Shown: positions 60,717-64,000 of the stretch, piece after piece
How positions within the stretch are numbered: the stretch's first letter is position 1
Layout of the letters: each line of letters starts with the position of its first letter
NCBI RefSeq assembly: GCF_018977255.1
Contig: NW_024704742.1
Coordinates: 20,152,001 to 20,216,000 of the forward strand
Length of the DNA stretch: 64,000 nucleotides
Direction of reading: 5' to 3'
Source of the DNA: Callorhinchus milii
Lineage: Eukaryota
Position numbers and translations under genes: made by a program
Notes under the pieces: generated by a model
Seen by the model: the letters and a program-made list of their open reading frames with translations, nothing else
Database searches by the model: none
Told to the model about the DNA's origin: nothing

Positions 60717-61028
60717 GGAGTCCTGTAGCTCAGTGGTTAGAGCACTCGCTTTGCAAGCGAGAGACCTGAGTTCAATTCCAGGCAGGGCGAAACCTTGGGC
60801 AAGTTTCCTTACTCCACACGCCTAATAATAATCCCTCCAAAAACCAAGAACAATAATTAAATTGGACATTTTCAATCTACGACTGTTTGTGGGACATTGC
60901 TGTGCGCAATTGGCTGCCGCGTTTGCCCACAAATATACAGTCAATTCACTTTACAGTGTGTTCTGTGAAGCGCTTTGGGACGTCCTCCCGACGTGAAAAG
61001 CGCTATATCAAATGCAAGGATTATTATT
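60717..61028 (+). mobile_element. Full-length young SINE (L2-type loop) nested in an old-type SINE head (60691-61115)
   Basis: Near-consensus copy. The flanks TAGAACACTCACCTCTCAAG and GATTCCCAGGTAGGGCAAAATGTTGGG...TTTACCTAGCAG rebuild the old head seen at 14250-14370. Confidence 0.93.
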
Positions 61029-62086
61029 AGCTTGGATTCCCAGGTAGGGCAAAATGTTGGGCAAGTTTTCTTACTCCATTTGCCTCTGTTTACCTAGCAG
61101 TATGTAGGAACCCAGGCAGCCTTCAATACATTTAAAAGGCTTCTGCAGTTAATATTTTTTCCCCTGACACAGCGAAGTGAAGTGTGTGTTGGCAGGAAGA
61201 ACTGATGACCTCTGTCAGTCACGCTGGAGACTGTGCCCTAGCCATGCCCACTTCGCGGAATGAGTGTTCTGAAGGTGAAGAAATACCGAGCTATACATAA
61301 CCAGTCATTTGTTGTCATTGTACAATTAAATTGGATCAGAAGGTTCAAGGCAGAGCTATTTTGCTCAGTGTATCAGAGCTGAATGGAAAGCATTGCTGCA
61401 GGGATCACTCCTGGTGTTTGGTGTTAATTTTTGTATTTGTTTTGCATTTGTTTGTCTGCAGGATTTCTGGGATGAATGAAAGGCAGCATCTTCAGGGTCA
61501 CTGAATAGAAGCAAGAAGACAATTCACATGAGCAACTGAAGATGTCGAGATCATGAAGAGACAAATGGCCTGCCAGCAGCACCTTATTGGCTCCTAGAAA
61601 CCTAGGGGATGATTGTATAGGCGGTCTCCACAACTCCAGAAGGAGCTTTGCAGACATGATAGAGGAGGAATGCGAAAGCCGATGGTGCTTCACATTATTT
61701 ACTGCAAATTAGAATGACTGTATAAAATAATAATCCTGCATTCGATATAGAGCCTTATCATGTCATTGAGTCCTCAAAGTGCTTCACAGGATTTACTGTA
61801 AATTGGAGGGACTGTTTGACCACATGGACTTGCTTCCACTAATGATAATAATAATCCTTGCATTTGATATTGCGCCTTATCACGTCTTCAGGACATCTCA
61901 AAGCACTTCATAGAATATACTGTAAAATTAATTGACTGTATATTTTGTGAGCGAAATGCCACAATCGCCCATAGCAATGTCTCACAAATAGTCGTGGATT
62001 GAGTGATCAAATTATTATTCAACAAAATGTTTTTGAAAAATAAGCATAATAATAATAAATGAAAAAATATATTTTCCACATAACCA

Positions 62087-62392
62087 TACCACTGAGAGCA
62101 AGGACAATAGGTAAAGAAAAGGTAGACACTATTCATTTCCAGCAAGCAAATGAATTACACAAGTTCAATCATCAGCAAAACTTCACAGTATTAAAATGAT
62201 TACAAATATATGTTGTTAATGCTGGAAAAGCTGAGCAATAGTATTTATCCCCTGTAATGCATTATACTTATATTAATTAAATTTTATATAGCAACTTATC
62301 ACGTCTTCAGGACATCTCAAAGCGCTTCACAGAATATACTGTGAAGTGAATTGACTGTATGTTTTATGGGTGAAACGCGGCAGCCAATTGCG
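62087..62392. repeat. Direct duplication, copy 2, plus a 5'-truncated minus-strand SINE
   Basis: Matches 57821-58134. Confidence 0.88.
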
Positions 62393-62631
62393 AACCGATT
62401 GCAAGAATTCAACTGCGATGTGATCCTTGGCTGGAGCCTAGTTCCTGCAGCTCAACATCGTATAAGTTTCCCTGAAGTCAGTTCATTTTATGTTCTGAGA
62501 TTTTTTTCTGGCATTGAGATGCTATTGCTGCTGGCATTTATCTGGCAAGAGCTTTTTCCAACTCCAGATAATCATCCTTTTTTACTATGTTATTGATTTA
62601 GGTTCCATCTGCCTTGTCATTCGGGTTTTGT

Positions 62632-62985
62632 TTTGGTCAGGTGAATGTCTGACATGCGGAAACCCATCACCATGTTTAAGAGTACCCAAACCAAGCTGAG
62701 AATTCCATGCATCCCACCTACACATAGAAATTCCAGAGGTAGATTATTGGAATGGAATGCGCACTCTCTCCCCGGAGGGACACATCCTGCTTACCTAATT
62801 CCAGAGAGTATTAGGCGCAGGTTGGTAAGAGCCAAGGCTTGGGGACCCCAGAGTGTGTGTTAGGGCTTTGGCTTGCAGGGTTAACAGGAGCTGAGTGGGA
62901 TGACTCCCTACCCCCAGTGACTTGTCTGCCCTTCTAGATCCTGTTGATGAACTAGGCGTTGCTTTCATCAACAATGGCTGGAGTT
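62632..62985 (-). mobile_element. RTE-X-like LINE 3' UTR
   Basis: Bridges the 8602 and 3620/17580 pieces (TAGGGCTTTGGC...AACAGGAGCTGAGTGGGATGACT). Confidence 0.72.
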
Positions 62986-63688
62986 GTAGAGTTTGCTGTG
63001 GTTGCGAATTATTTTCAGTTCCTTTTTTTTAATATAATTCTGCTTCTGAGGTAACTGGGCACAGGCAACACTCAGCATGGAAACACTCATATTTTATTCT
63101 CTCTTATTTTTTATTATCCATGCAAACTCTTGGACGTAAACCAAGAGCAATTCTGTGAAGGTCAGTACACTGACAAACATTAGCGGCGTGAATTTATAAT
63201 TAGATTTGCAGGGGATCATATCAGCATTTATTTTACCCAGAGCTGAGGCTGAGGGCAGATCAGATCAGATGATTTCCATAGTGTGAATGATACCACTTTA
63301 TGGAAACTGTAACTCGCTCCTGGAACATTGATTAACTTTTTGCAGAAGCATTAAGAGCACTTTAAATATCTTCTTAGAAAGAACAATTTGTTTCACTGAT
63401 GTCATATACAACAACAACAACTTGCAGTTATATAGCGAGGGGTAGCATCCTGGAGCACTTGACAGTGGCAGAGTCTGACCCCCTACCCCCATATAACCAC
63501 CCTGGTGTGTGTATTGGGGGAGGTGGTGTCACACAAACCCACAAATCCAGATTTATTGCATTAAATGTACCTGGTTGGGCTGGATCCCGAATCCTTGTAC
63601 TCCCTCCCCTATTCCATTCTCAGGGTTAACGGCTAAACATTCCATTCAGCATAATGCGTAGCACCTATTCACCTATAATGAACTCCAC

Positions 63689-64000
63689 AGAGTATCGAAT
63701 TCAAGATCCTCATCCTCACCTACAAGGTAGGTCTTGCTCCCTCCTACCTCTCCGACCTACTATCCCCCTAAGTACCTGCCCGTACCCTCCGTCTACTCCA
63801 CATCCCCCGCCCTAACCGCCTTACCATCGGTGGCCGGGGCTTCAGCCTCTCAGCCCCTAGGCTCTGGAACTCTATCCCCCAGTGCCTTCACCTTGCCTCC
63901 TCCCTTTCCTCCTTCAAGGCCGGTCTCAAGACCTTTCTCTTCGACCGTCCCTTCAGCTCCCCTCTCAACTCTCTACCCCCTTCTCACTCCCTCCCTTCCC
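63689..64000 (+). mobile_element. L2 family-A fragment running off the window
   Basis: IEFKILILTYK...LAPSYLSDLL...LWNSIP...SFKAGLKTFLFDR. Confidence 0.88.

Noticed and set aside
61462..61684. Purine-rich exon-like block after TTTGTCTGCAG
   Set aside because: It has early stops in all three plus frames, and the minus ORF is unrecognisable. A non-coding exon cannot be excluded.

Overview
Repeat-rich, AT-rich vertebrate intronic or intergenic DNA. I found no protein-coding gene that I can recognise. The repeat content points to a cartilaginous fish, probably a holocephalan such as Callorhinchus (inference). It includes a young tRNA-headed SINE with (ATT)n tails, an older longer relative of it, Deu-domain SINEs, two L2 LINE families with (TTG)n tails, and shark-type CR1 3' ends. 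Nearly all long ORFs in the track are L2, CR1 or SINE remnants. The less routine signals are: (1) a decayed RTE-X-like LINE with a CCHC zinc knuckle whose 3' UTR recurs at least 8 more times; (2) a 704-bp solo LTR with a 4-bp TSD inside an L2; (3) a 108-bp Tc1/mariner MITE; (4) two SINE variants that differ only in the loop of the 3' stem-loop, one matching the local L2 exactly; (5) several local templated duplications, namely a perfect 50-bp inverted insertion, 90-bp and about 216-bp inverted arms, two hairpins, and an about 300-bp direct copy that might be a SINE 3' transduction; (6) a few weak small-exon and enhancer candidates. I do not see a supportable novel multi-gene system. Repeat boundaries are approximate, and identities were counted by hand.
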